A DNA stretch of 64,000 nt from an uncultured Gammaproteobacteria bacterium (GCA_964397195.1 CAYNGY010000001.1:6586-70585), one strand, 5' to 3'. Positions 38,068 to 48,032 are shown, counted from the first letter of the stretch. The notes: a model not told the origin generated them from the letters alone. A program made the numbers and translations.

Positions 38068-39243
38068 TTACACGGCGATCGTGTGCGGCGACTGGTCGGC
38101 CAGCGTCACGCCGATCTGCTGGTGACCGGGCGGGTTGAGGCCAGCCAGCTCCGGCCGGACGAAGATGCCGTTCTTGCGGATGAGCTGGCCGTCGAACCAG
38201 ATCTCGCCGCCGCCTGCCGGCTCGCGCTGGTCGCAGACGATGTCCCAGTGCACGCCGCTCTTGTTGCCGTTGTCGGCGTTCTTGTAGGCCTTGCCCGGCG
38301 TCAGGTGGAACGTCCCGCCCACCTTCTCATCGAAGAGCGTGTCGCCGATGATCCTCGTGATGTCGTTGTTGATCCCGAGCGACCACTCGCCGAAGTAGCG
38401 CGCGCCCTCGTCGGTGTTCAGGATCTGCACGATCCGATGCGGGTCGCCGACCTTGCAGGCTGAGCCAACGATCTTGCCATTGGCAATGTCGAACCACACA
38501 CCCTCGAACCGCTCACCGGACTTGGTGATGGTCAGGGTGTTGTACTGGATCATGCCGTTCATCGAGTCGCGGACGGGCGCGGTGTAGACCTCGCCGTCCG
38601 GGATGTTCCAATGCCCGACGCACGGGACGCCGCCGATGCCCTTGATGCTGAAGCTCAGGCGCGTTTCGCCCGGGCCGATGATCTCGACACGGTCAGTCCG
38701 GTCCATCAGCTCCTTGAGCGGCTGGACGGAGCGTTCCATCGCCGGGTAGTCGGCCAGGACCGCCTTGAAGAACATGTCCTCAGCCGCCGTCGTCGACAGG
38801 CCCGCCATCAGCGCGAAGCCGGTGGTCGGCCAGACGCTCAGCACCCAGCGGGTGTGCTCGACGGCCTGCTCGATCGTCGCGCCGGTGTAGTACTTGTCGA
38901 ACCGAGCCTGGTCCTCGCCGGACACGCCCGACATCTCGAGCGGGTTGGTATACCCGCGGAGTGCGATGCGGACCTGCGTCCCCTTCAGCTTGGCCAGGTA
39001 CGCGTCGGCGTCGACCAGCAGCGAAGCCTCGGTACAGCCGACGCGCGCCGCCGCCATCAGCCGCTGGTTCCAGATCAGCGGGTCGAGCATGATGCCACCG
39101 CGCGCGCGTGCCGCCTCGATCACCGCCGCGTTCATCTCATGCGGCGTCGAGACATCGGTCATCAGCAGGACGTGATCGCCCGGCCCGACCTCGGTCGAGA
39201 AACCGACCATGATTTCAGCTAACCGCTTGTACCGCGGATCCAT
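38068..39243 (-). CDS. aminopeptidase, family M29 (AmpS/PepS-like)
   Basis: NIPDGEV.TAP, D.GARYFGE..LG.N, LFDEK.GG.FHL.PG.AY, SGVHWD. Confidence 0.93.
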   Translation of the reverse strand: MDPRYKRLAEIMVGFSTEVGPGDHVLLMTDVSTPHEMNAAVIEAARARGGIMLDPLIWNQRLMAAARVGCTEASLLVDADAYLAKLKGTQVRIALRGYTNPLEMSGVSGEDQARFDKYYTGATIEQAVEHTRWVLSVWPTTGFALMAGLSTTAAEDMFFKAVLADYPAMERSVQPLKELMDRTDRVEIIGPGETRLSFSIKGIGGVPCVGHWNIPDGEVYTAPVRDSMNGMIQYNTLTITKSGERFEGVWFDIANGKIVGSACKVGDPHRIVQILNTDEGARYFGEWSLGINNDITRIIGDTLFDEKVGGTFHLTPGKAYKNADNGNKSGVHWDIVCDQREPAGGGEIWFDGQLIRKNGIFVRPELAGLNPPGHQQIGVTLADQSPHTIAV

Positions 39244-39517
39244 CCGAACCTCCTGAATCACGTCTCGGGATTGAGACGAGCGCCCTACACACGCCGGATG
39301 TGCACAAAGCGCTCGTCTCAAAAAAAACGAGGAATGTAAAAGATCGCGCTAGGACACTAGCAACTATATCGGAGATGTCAACTTAGGGCCTAGTCCGTCG
39401 TAATTACCCCACAACGCTTCATGATCCGGGGAACATTGAGATTTCTGAGCCGTTGTCTCGGATGATTATTGTCACAAAACCTAGCCGTAGCATCTCAGCT
39501 AGGCTTTACCTTTGGAC

Positions 39518-39883
39518 TTACGTAGCCGTTGTGGTCGGATGTTCGCGATCGAACTTTTTCCCCGCCAGATCTTCATATTGTCCAGCTCGAGCATCACTTC
39601 TCTCGGCCTCATCGGTCAAGACGTATTTCGTGTACCACTCGCTCTCTTCGAGACCGTGCTTCTTTTTAAAAGCATCATCCGCTTCGATATTTTTCACGTT
39701 CGCTCGAAACTGTGCCGCCTTCGTATGAAGCTCATCAACGGTTTCTTGTTCTCCATTTGGGCCTAGCGCATATCCGGCACGAGCCATCGCCTCAGCTTTT
39801 TCTGGGTTCTCAATTCGCTGGGATTCATCGGGGGCAACAAAATTCTTTGCCTCCTCTGGTACACCATGTTCATTTTCGCTCAT
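39518..39883 (-). CDS. hypothetical acidic protein
   Basis: 121 aa ORF directly downstream of surface protein gene. Confidence 0.55.
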   Translation of the reverse strand: MSENEHGVPEEAKNFVAPDESQRIENPEKAEAMARAGYALGPNGEQETVDELHTKAAQFRANVKNIEADDAFKKKHGLEESEWYTKYVLTDEAERSDARAGQYEDLAGKKFDREHPTTTAT

Positions 39884-39898
39884 AGAATTCTGAGTTAG

Positions 39899-42514
39899 TT
39901 AACTCCCCCGCAAATCCTGAATCTTGTTTGGCGCCGTGACGTCGACGACGCAGGCTTGAGTCAGCGCCGGTTGATCGTTTGTCGTCCCGCACTGATTCGA
40001 ATCGGTGCAGGTGCGACTCTGTGAACCGTTGACGCAACTTGACCAGGCGGAACACGGAACCGAGTCCCAATCCTCGATACAACTGATCGCGGTCGCGGTA
40101 AAGGCCATGTCGTCAATGTTGCCCCAGCGAATATCCGGACAACTCGAGCTATTCGAGAGCGGATCGGATACTTGACTCCCGGCCGCCAAAATAGCGCGGA
40201 CATATTGATTCCCGGCGGCACCGTTCACGGTGAACGACGTCGTCACCGTTCCATCAACGCCGTCTGAGGTTTGATCGCAGCCGGTCAATCCCGCCGGCCA
40301 ATGTTCAATCAGGTTCCACGACGTGCCGTTGTGATACCAGAGCGATACGTTATCCTCTGGTGGGTTAGCGGCGAAACAACTGTAATCAATCTCGACCGTC
40401 ATCGTTGTTCCCAGCGGCGCCGATGTGCGGCTAATCCGGACATCTTCGATTGAGTTTGTCCCGTCGCATCCGCGTCGCGGCGTTGAACACGCTGTGGCCA
40501 AAATATTATTTCCCGCACAGCCTTGGCAGGCGACGCCGCAACTCAAAGCATTGACACTACAACTTTGGGTTAGGGCCGGGCGGTGGGAAATGGTGCCGCA
40601 ATCATTCGCATCGGTGCAGGTTCGGGTTTGCGTTCCGTTAACACAACTCGACCACGGCGAGCACGGCGTCGATTCCCAGTCTTCGAGACAGATGATGCCG
40701 TTATTCGTCGTGACAGACACGCTCGTTGAGGTCGTGGAGTTGTCCGAGGGGTCACGGGCAATGGCGGTCAGGGTGTGTACTCCGTCTGCTACAAGGGTGG
40801 TATCCCACGGGACGCTGTACGGACTGGTAATATCCTCACCGCCAAGATCGGCGCCATCAAGTTGGAACTGGACCCCGCGAACCTGGAGATCATCAGTCGC
40901 GGTCGCAGTCACAGATGTGGTGCCATTCACGGTGCCGCCCGATGTAGGACCGGTGATACCGACGCTCGGGGCGGTGGTGTCACACGATCGACTCAGCGGG
41001 AGTCGATAGGCCGTTGTACCGCAAGCATTCTCGTCGCTGGCCGTTCGCGTTTGGATATGGTTCGTACAGCTGGACCATGGATCATAGGCCCACGTTTCTT
41101 CACAGGCCGGGACCGTAAACGGCTGGGCGCCGATATCGCTGCCGTTACTGCCGCTGCCAATCGCCGGGGATCCGGCTTGGAGATGGAAGTTCCCGTTCAC
41201 GGTATCCATGAACATCGGACTGCCTTCAATCGAGTGGGCATCGCTCCCGGTGGTCGTCCGCCAGGCCGCCAGGGTTGCGCCAAATCCGCCAAATCCGGCG
41301 ACGCCGCCGCGATTGTGGAACAGGTTGTAATCGCCGCTGTAGCGCAAATTGCCCCAGCCGTCGTAGCCGAAGACGGAGCTGTTGTTGTAGTCAAAGATGT
41401 TGTTGGTCCAGGTATCATTCGGCGGCCCGGATCGATAGCCGAGCGTGGTGAAGCGTTCGGCGCCGGTGATATAGAACGTATTATGGTCCCAGACGTTCCC
41501 GCCGGCGCCGCCAATGAACGACCAGTCGCCACCGTGACCCCAGAAAATATTATTCTGGAAAACATTATTTTTACCCATTCCCTGGAAGAACAATGTCGGT
41601 CCGGTGTCGGATCGGAAAATGTTGTCGCGGAAAATATTATTCGACGGGAACGTCTTGTCGACGTTGCCGCTGGCGATGCGAATCGCCTCTTCGGCGTTTG
41701 TCCAAAAAGTATTGTTGGTAATTAAGCCGTTATCCGCTTCATCACGCATGTACAGGCCGATCGTCGTGCCGGTGCCGTGGATCGAATTATTCTGGAATCG
41801 GGTGCCGGCCGCACAGATAAATCGTACGGAGGCCGTCGCTTCCGGCGGCGGGTCGTTGCGCACGTTGGTAATAGTGTTATTTGTCACGACCGCATTCGTC
41901 TGCGGACAGGGGTGTGATCGGCCGCCGTTAATTTCGAGCAGAATCTTGACGTCAGTGGAGCCGCCGGAGATGGTGTTGTTTTGAATAATCGGCCTATAGA
42001 CGTACCATCCGGCGCGGTCGGCGATGTTGATGTGAATACCGCCGTTGCCGATGGTGTTGTTTTGGACGGTCACGTCGTCGCTCCCCAAGACATCAATCCC
42101 ACGCACCGTATTTTGCTCGAACGTGACGTCGTGAATCAAATCACCGAAGACGCGGAGGTGATCGTCGGACACAACGTTACGCACGGTCACGTTCGTGTAG
42201 GCGTTTTGGTTGCCGTAAAAATCATCAATGTCGACGACGGTTGTACTCGACGAAATGGTCTTTCCGTTCCCGTCGAAAATAACGTCGCTGGCTTGAATGA
42301 TAAAGCAGGTGTTGTTATTGGTGACGGTAATGTTGTTTTGCAAGACGTAGGTACCGGACTGGTTGATCGTCTGACAGGCGGTGACGGTGTGCACGGTTTG
42401 AGCGCGGAGAATTTCATGGATATTCACTCCGACAAATCCAATCAGAACCGCCGCCGCGGCGAGGGCTACGACATGGATCCCCCACGATGCCTGTTTCTTT
42501 TTGGCGCGTTTCAT
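39899..42514 (-). CDS. secreted surface protein: parallel beta-helix, Ig-like domain, three Cys-rich WSSC repeats
   Basis: signal/TM N-terminus; Asn-rich beta-helix repeats; A.ATDD..V..VQF..DG Ig-like; 3x C.E.W...WSSC.N..Q.R...D.N.CGT. Confidence 0.85.
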   Translation of the reverse strand: MKRAKKKQASWGIHVVALAAAAVLIGFVGVNIHEILRAQTVHTVTACQTINQSGTYVLQNNITVTNNNTCFIIQASDVIFDGNGKTISSSTTVVDIDDFYGNQNAYTNVTVRNVVSDDHLRVFGDLIHDVTFEQNTVRGIDVLGSDDVTVQNNTIGNGGIHINIADRAGWYVYRPIIQNNTISGGSTDVKILLEINGGRSHPCPQTNAVVTNNTITNVRNDPPPEATASVRFICAAGTRFQNNSIHGTGTTIGLYMRDEADNGLITNNTFWTNAEEAIRIASGNVDKTFPSNNIFRDNIFRSDTGPTLFFQGMGKNNVFQNNIFWGHGGDWSFIGGAGGNVWDHNTFYITGAERFTTLGYRSGPPNDTWTNNIFDYNNSSVFGYDGWGNLRYSGDYNLFHNRGGVAGFGGFGATLAAWRTTTGSDAHSIEGSPMFMDTVNGNFHLQAGSPAIGSGSNGSDIGAQPFTVPACEETWAYDPWSSCTNHIQTRTASDENACGTTAYRLPLSRSCDTTAPSVGITGPTSGGTVNGTTSVTATATDDLQVRGVQFQLDGADLGGEDITSPYSVPWDTTLVADGVHTLTAIARDPSDNSTTSTSVSVTTNNGIICLEDWESTPCSPWSSCVNGTQTRTCTDANDCGTISHRPALTQSCSVNALSCGVACQGCAGNNILATACSTPRRGCDGTNSIEDVRISRTSAPLGTTMTVEIDYSCFAANPPEDNVSLWYHNGTSWNLIEHWPAGLTGCDQTSDGVDGTVTTSFTVNGAAGNQYVRAILAAGSQVSDPLSNSSSCPDIRWGNIDDMAFTATAISCIEDWDSVPCSAWSSCVNGSQSRTCTDSNQCGTTNDQPALTQACVVDVTAPNKIQDLRGS

Positions 42515-42647
42515 GACCGTTCAAGTATACCATTTTCCGATAAAAACTCGCGAAAACAGAGAATCTGGATATCTTGTGGATACTTCCTGTGGGTAAATAG
42601 GACACTGGTGGTTGATTTTGGCTAATATTAGGGAATTAATCAAAGTG

Positions 42648-42689
42648 ATGTAAAGCAGGCTTGACATTATGTAATCTATGCTTTACATT
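42648..42689 (+). promoter_or_regulatory. XRE promoter with tandem palindromic operators
   Basis: ATGTAAAGCAGGCTTGACAT (42648-67) and ATGTAATCTATGCTTTACAT (42669-88) overlapping TTGACA-17-TACATT. Confidence 0.75.
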
Positions 42690-42695
42690 ATGCCC

Positions 42696-42908
42696 ATGGG
42701 CATCGACATCCTCTCCAATCGGCTCAAGGAGCTTCGAGCGAGTCGCGATCTGACTCAGGCCGACCTGGCCGAGCTGGTCAGTGTCACTCGTCAGACGATC
42801 ATCTCGATCGAGAAGGGCGAGTATGTCCCCTCGCTCGGGCTCGGTATGCGTCTGGCCAAAGAATTCGGTCTGCCCGTCGAACAGGTATTTTCACTCATTT
42901 CGAAATAA
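42696..42908 (+). CDS. XRE-family HTH transcriptional regulator
   Basis: N.LKELR....LTQ.DLA..V.VTRQTI.SIEKG.Y.PSL. Confidence 0.93.
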   Translation: MGIDILSNRLKELRASRDLTQADLAELVSVTRQTIISIEKGEYVPSLGLGMRLAKEFGLPVEQVFSLISK

Positions 42909-42912
42909 GATT

Positions 42913-43599
42913 ATGCAGACGCTCCCCGCCCAAAGCCGCACGAAGTCAATCACCCAGCTTGTCCTTGGCGCCACGCTGGTTATGGTGCCGCTCGTTTTAC
43001 AGCTCGTTTTCTTCTTGAAGAATGGCACGTCATCGATGTTTTTTCGCACGCTGATGGAGACACTCCTCGGCCCGTTGTTTCTGTTGTTCATCGCCTGCTA
43101 TGCCATCGGGATGTTTACGGCCTATCGCGGTCTAGCCAACCTCTCATACGAACCGGGCCATGCGCCGGCGATGGCTGACCGCAAGAACCGTTTAGCCTGG
43201 CTAATCAATATCCTGAGTGGTGTTATGTTCATCACCCTGTCCATGACCGAGTGGCGGACGACGGCTGTCATGAGCAACCTCGAAACCATCAGTCTGCTCG
43301 TCGTGACTATGACCATCGGCACCATCATGCATCGTCGCATCTACCCGAAACACTCCTGGTCAACGGCGGTCATTGGCGATCCGTCGCTCGCCAGTCAAGA
43401 CGAACGGGAAAATGCGATTCTCAATCAGGCCGGCTATCACGCCCTCGCCGCGAGCTTTATTCTGATGGGACTGATCATGTTGGTGATGCTTCTTGCCCCA
43501 AAGCCATCGACGTTAGCGGTGGTGATGTTTTTTGTCGGTGTCTGGTCAATCCAGCGCGGTCTCTACGGGTTTTTTGCCTGGCGCGCGGGACTCCGGTAA
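42913..43599 (+). CDS. membrane protein (DUF2178-like, DERE motif)
   Basis: multiple TMs, QDERE..I...A motif typical of XRE-linked membrane proteins. Confidence 0.7.
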   Translation: MQTLPAQSRTKSITQLVLGATLVMVPLVLQLVFFLKNGTSSMFFRTLMETLLGPLFLLFIACYAIGMFTAYRGLANLSYEPGHAPAMADRKNRLAWLINILSGVMFITLSMTEWRTTAVMSNLETISLLVVTMTIGTIMHRRIYPKHSWSTAVIGDPSLASQDERENAILNQAGYHALAASFILMGLIMLVMLLAPKPSTLAVVMFFVGVWSIQRGLYGFFAWRAGLR

Positions 43600-43806
43600 T
43601 CAGGTCCACCATCTCGACGCTCGATAGGCGAGCACGGCGCTCGGTCTGACAGCCCATCGCGGCCGCCGCGTCTTTGTTGGTGTCAGAGAGGGGTCCGGGC
43701 CGGCGCGCCCGTCCGCGGCCTTCTTGATTTGTTTACTGGCGTATGGTACCGTCCTTAGCGCTTACAGGATCTGACGCGTCATTAACATCGAATATGTCCC
43801 GGTGGG

Positions 43807-43883
43807 GGGCGGCTAGCTCAGTTGGTTAGAGCGTCACATTGACATTGTGAAGGTCAGAGGTTCGACTCCTCTGTCGCCCACCA
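43807..43883 (+). tRNA. tRNA-Val (GAC)
   Basis: cloverleaf, anticodon stem TCACA/TGTGA, loop TT-GAC-AT, CCA end. Confidence 0.95.
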
Positions 43884-43946
43884 CGAGGACAGATTTGTTG
43901 TATGCGCCTAGTTTCGCGTCCTGGTAATCCATGCTAAGGTTTTTTT

Positions 43947-44933
43947 ATGGTGCCCTGGAATCCATCGCCGGTCTATGAAACATTCTGGCGTTTTACCCGA
44001 GCGCGTCAGGACATCTTTCAGCGCCGCTGGCGCGGCCAAGCGGGGCCCTGGACCGACGACCACATTTTACGTGACTACAAATTCACCAACGTTTTCCGCG
44101 CCAGCGACCGCATCAGTCAGTATCTCATCCGTCATGTTCAATACGCCGGGCCGCAGGACGCGCGAAATCTTTTTTATCGGACGATACTTTTTAAACTCTT
44201 CAATCGTCGCGATACGTGGGAGTTTCTTGAGTCGAAGTTCGGCCAACTGACGGTCGACACATTCGATCGCGATACGTTCGTGGCCGCCGTAACCGCCCGT
44301 CAACGGCTGACGCCTATTTATTCCTCCGCCTATATCATGCCGCCGGTCAGTCATGACGGCGCCGCGAAACATGACGGCCATCTGCGTTTACTGCAACAGA
44401 TGCTCGCTGACGATCTCCCGGAACATATCGCCGCCAGCGGCACTTTGTCCGAGGTGTATGAACTTCTCCGATCATATCCCGGCATCGGGAAGTTTCTGGC
44501 GTATCAATATGCGATCGATCTTAACTATTCAGTGCTCACGAATCATTCGGAAATGGAATTCGTCGTTCCGGGGCCAGGCGCGCTCCGCGGAATTCAAAAA
44601 TGCTTTGGGTCTACCGCCCGGCGTGAAGCGACACACATCATTCACTGGATTGCCGCACACCAAGGTGAGGAGCAACGCTCACGCGGGAACGAACCGGTGG
44701 CACTCTTTGGTCGGCCTCTCCAATTGATTGACGTGCAAGGTCTTTTTTGTGAAGTTGATAAGTATGCCCGCGTCGCGCATCCGGATGTTACCACCACGAC
44801 ATTGCCAACAAGAATCAAACAACACTATCGGTCAGCCGGGCCACTAGCCGCGCTTTGGTTTCCGCCAAAATGGGGTCTGAACGAGCGGGTCAATGCCGAA
44901 AAGGTGTCTTTTTTGAAAAGTGTGTTAGTATAG
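43947..44933 (+). CDS. aGPT-PPlase1 / 5-hmdU-kinase-associated helical domain protein (DNA base hypermodification family)
   Basis: FWRF...RQ.IF..R, PWT.D.IL..YKFTN.FRA.DR.SQYLI, G.FLAYQ..IDL.YS, GPGA.RG, D.Q..FCE.DKY.R. Confidence 0.78.
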   Translation: MVPWNPSPVYETFWRFTRARQDIFQRRWRGQAGPWTDDHILRDYKFTNVFRASDRISQYLIRHVQYAGPQDARNLFYRTILFKLFNRRDTWEFLESKFGQLTVDTFDRDTFVAAVTARQRLTPIYSSAYIMPPVSHDGAAKHDGHLRLLQQMLADDLPEHIAASGTLSEVYELLRSYPGIGKFLAYQYAIDLNYSVLTNHSEMEFVVPGPGALRGIQKCFGSTARREATHIIHWIAAHQGEEQRSRGNEPVALFGRPLQLIDVQGLFCEVDKYARVAHPDVTTTTLPTRIKQHYRSAGPLAALWFPPKWGLNERVNAEKVSFLKSVLV

Positions 44934-44939
44934 CGCCAT

Positions 44940-45875
44940 ATGTCGAAACCATTGGAACTGACTGCGGCCCCCGACGCTGCCCCATCACGCCTCGATGTCT
45001 TCTTGGCCGCGCATATTGAAACGTCACGCACGCACGCGCAGAAGGTTATTAAGGCCGGCGCAGTGACGATTAACGGGAAGGTTTCTGGTCCGCACGACCC
45101 GGTCCGGGCCAACGATCTGGTGCTCTATGACGACGCCACCGCCGTTCGCCGACCGGTCGTGGTCGAGACGATCGGGAAGGAGCCGGTCTTAATTGATGAA
45201 GACGAAAATTATCTAGTAGTGAATAAACCGTCCGGACTCGTGGTGCACGGCGGTCCCGGTATTCACGAAGACACGCTCGCCGACTGGGCCGTCGCCCATG
45301 ACCCGGTTATCGGAATGGTCGGTGATCGACCGAATGAGCGTCCGGGGATTGTCCACCGTCTTGACCGTGACGTGTCGGGAGTGATGGTTATCGCTAAAAC
45401 GAAAAAAGCCTTCGACAGTCTGAAGGGTCAGTTCCAGATGCACACGATTACCAAAAAATACATCGCGCTCGTCTATGGGTTCCTCAAAGTTGATAGCGGG
45501 AAAATAGATTTCGCCATTGCCCGCAAGCCCGATCATTCCGGGCTGATGGTTGCCCGGCCGGGCAGTAATGAGGGCAAGGCCGCGGAGACGCGTTTCCGGG
45601 TACTAAAAACACTGAAGGGCATGACCCTTGTTCAGGTTGAAACCCTGACCGGTCGGACGCACCAAATCCGCGTCCACTTTAAAGCCATCGGCCACTCGCT
45701 CGTCGGCGATCCGCTCTACCGCAATCGAAAACTCCAACGCCTAAAAATCACCGCCCCGCGACTGTGTCTGCACGCGGCCGTCTTGAAGTTTACCGACCTG
45801 AAAAAGGTTGAACGACGCTACGAAGCGCCCCTCCCGGACGATCTCCGGCAGTTCTTCGCCCGCCTTGGGGGTTGA
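44940..45875 (+). CDS. RluA/RluD-family pseudouridine synthase
   Basis: S4 domain RLD.FL, VNKPSGL.VH, HRLDRD.SG, TGRTHQIRVH, GD.LY. Confidence 0.95.
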   Translation: MSKPLELTAAPDAAPSRLDVFLAAHIETSRTHAQKVIKAGAVTINGKVSGPHDPVRANDLVLYDDATAVRRPVVVETIGKEPVLIDEDENYLVVNKPSGLVVHGGPGIHEDTLADWAVAHDPVIGMVGDRPNERPGIVHRLDRDVSGVMVIAKTKKAFDSLKGQFQMHTITKKYIALVYGFLKVDSGKIDFAIARKPDHSGLMVARPGSNEGKAAETRFRVLKTLKGMTLVQVETLTGRTHQIRVHFKAIGHSLVGDPLYRNRKLQRLKITAPRLCLHAAVLKFTDLKKVERRYEAPLPDDLRQFFARLGG

Positions 45876-45926
45876 CCGACCCGGCGGTAACTGCTAGAGT
45901 GCAGGGGCTCAATTTTTCTCTGATTT

Positions 45927-46253
45927 ATGACCGACATTCAGCCAAAGGACATCAAGCCGGGCCAGACCATCCGGGTTCACCAGAAGATTAAAGAAGGTGA
46001 GAAAGAACGCGTGCAGGTTTTTGAAGGCATCGTCATTGCCCGTCGTCATGGCGTCGGTGCTTCCGGGACATTCTGTGTCCGAAAGTATTCCGATGGCATT
46101 GGTGTCGAGCGCATTTTCCCGATTCAATCGCCGATTATCACCAAAGTCGAGCTCGTTCGAACCGCCAAGGTCCGCCGGGCCAAGCTGTACCACTTACGTG
46201 AAACGGGCGCTCGTCCGCTCCGCGAAAAGATCGCGAAGAAGCCGAAAGCCTAA
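45927..46253 (+). CDS. rplS: 50S ribosomal protein L19
   Basis: [34 protein letters not shown]. Confidence 0.97.
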   Translation: MTDIQPKDIKPGQTIRVHQKIKEGEKERVQVFEGIVIARRHGVGASGTFCVRKYSDGIGVERIFPIQSPIITKVELVRTAKVRRAKLYHLRETGARPLREKIAKKPKA

Positions 46254-46399
46254 TTTCCAAGCAGCGCCTCCGGGCGCTGTTTTTGTTTTTCTGGTCGGAT
46301 TGACAGGAACGAGTTTTGATGGTAAAGCAATGGCGTCCAACTCAGTCTCGAGTTGGCGATACCAGGCCATCGTGAGCCTGTCCACAAAGGAGAATCACC

Positions 46400-47080
46400 G
46401 TGTCCTTTCCCAAAGTTTCCTATCGCCTGTCGAACGACCTGGGCAGATTGATGAACGGCCCGTACTCCATGCAGACGTCGCTCGGGATGTCCGCCATCAC
46501 CAGCGTCGTGGCCGCAGTGCTGTTCAACCAGCCGCATCGGCTGACCCCAATCCTACCGCTCACGGTTGGCTCAGCGCTCCAGCGCTTCTATGCCGACGTT
46601 CTGAAGAACGGAGCAGTCCTGCGGATGGAGATGATGCGCTGTCACCGGATCGCCGTTTACTTCGATCTGCGGGACGCGCCGAATGCTTCCGAGCCCGGCG
46701 CCGTCGTCGCGACGATCAACGGCTATGTTGCCAGCCAGCAAAAGAGCGTCAGCCAGCTCGAGATCGGTTACGACCTCCTGCTCGGGCAGTTGCTCTGGGC
46801 GCAGTGGAGAAACGGGTTGGTGAATACCCCGATCCGGATCGACACTCCGCACTGTCCGTTCTGCAACGCCGTCCCGACCCCGGATGACAAGCATCATCAC
46901 CCCGAATGCCCGAGCTCCGAGTCTGGTGATGCCACAAAGATGTTCGACTGGCGTCGGGGCTACGATATCGGTCACCGAGATTGGCGGCTGGAAACTGGGT
47001 CGCGCAGTTTCACGCTCGGCCTGTCGATCGGTGAGTTCCACCGTCGGGCGGAGATCGCCTGCGGGCAGATCAAAGTGTGA
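46400..47080 (+). CDS. hypothetical protein with CxxC...HHHPEC metal-binding motif
   Basis: AAAGGAG SD before GTG; TTGACA-17-TAAAGC promoter at ~46300-46328. Confidence 0.65.
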   Translation: MSFPKVSYRLSNDLGRLMNGPYSMQTSLGMSAITSVVAAVLFNQPHRLTPILPLTVGSALQRFYADVLKNGAVLRMEMMRCHRIAVYFDLRDAPNASEPGAVVATINGYVASQQKSVSQLEIGYDLLLGQLLWAQWRNGLVNTPIRIDTPHCPFCNAVPTPDDKHHHPECPSSESGDATKMFDWRRGYDIGHRDWRLETGSRSFTLGLSIGEFHRRAEIACGQIKV

Positions 47081-47281
47081 TCGAGTCGAAACCGAGGGCA
47101 CCTTTTTCACGGGAGAGTATACTCTCCCACTCGGCTGAGGACGCGAATCATTCGTGTCTTGAGCTGATCCTATATACGCAAAAGCAAGCGACTAACGTCG
47201 ACGGTGGCGTCGATGCGAGAGGCTCCCAAGACTTGCGGGTATCTGCCTCTCTGCGTCGCATGATTGTTATTCCTGCCGAAG

Positions 47282-47368
47282 TGGTGCGGACGAGAGGACT
47301 CGAACCTCCAAGCCCTTGCGGGCATCAGCCCCTCAAGCTGACGCGTATACCAGTTCCGCCACGTCCGC
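47282..47368 (-). tRNA. tRNA-Leu (GAG)
   Basis: 87 nt, long variable arm, anticodon loop TT-GAG-GG, CCA end. Confidence 0.95.
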
Positions 47369-47572
47369 CCCATTTCGACACGAAGAATAGATGTATATGT
47401 TCAACTCCGGTGCTGGCCGCGTTCCGTGCCCCCTAGTTCGGGATTCGGCCACGTCCGCGGATACTGATGCGGGCGGATTATCGCAGGTTCTTGGATTTTT
47501 GACAAGGGCTTTTTACGAGGCGCCGCTTGTTTTTCTTGAGAAATACTAGTAGAATACGCCCGCCCAGACCAT

Positions 47573-47649
47573 GGGCGCGTAGCTCAGTTGGTTAGAGCGA
47601 CTCGTTTACACCGAGTAGGTCAGGGGTCCGAATCCCTTCGCGCCCACCA
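47573..47649 (+). tRNA. tRNA-Val (TAC)
   Basis: cloverleaf, loop TT-TAC-AC; T-loop TCCGAAT is non-canonical. Confidence 0.9.
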
Positions 47650-47709
47650 GGCAGGAAACGAACGGAGCGTTATTCCTTCGTGCGCACGAAGGCATGATAC
47701 AATACCACT

Positions 47710-47952
47710 ATGGCATTCTTCATCGGATTACTCGTCATCGCTGTCGGCGTCTTCATGATTATGAAGACGGAATGGATCGTCAGTTTTACTGGCCCGATTG
47801 ATTGGGCGGAGCAACACATGGGGACCGAAGGCGGGACGCGGATGTTTATTAAACTGCTCGGCGTCGTGATCATCATCGGTGCCTTCCTAGCCGCAACGGG
47901 GTTGCTCGGTGATTGGGTGCGGGCTATCTTCGCACCGGGATTACAAATATAG
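47710..47952 (+). CDS. small two-TM protein
   Basis: 80 aa, two TMs with G.I.WAE..G..GG.R...KL.G loop; TACAAT box 6 nt upstream. Confidence 0.75.
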   Translation: MAFFIGLLVIAVGVFMIMKTEWIVSFTGPIDWAEQHMGTEGGTRMFIKLLGVVIIIGAFLAATGLLGDWVRAIFAPGLQI

Positions 47953-48032
47953 AGATCGTCGGTCCGCAACTCCGAAGTTCCACGTTCGATCGCGCTTTTA
48001 CAAAATACAAACCGTGATTCTATATTTTTGAA

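Noticed and set aside
37672-39222. Long plus-strand ORFs (263 and 203 aa) overlapping the aminopeptidase, and similar antisense ORFs across the window
   Set aside because: Antisense shadows of GC-rich, clearly identifiable genes.
47111-47128. Perfect palindrome GGGAGAGTATACTCTCCC downstream of tRNA-Leu
   Set aside because: Single copy between convergent transcripts; most simply a terminator hairpin, and no integrase is nearby.
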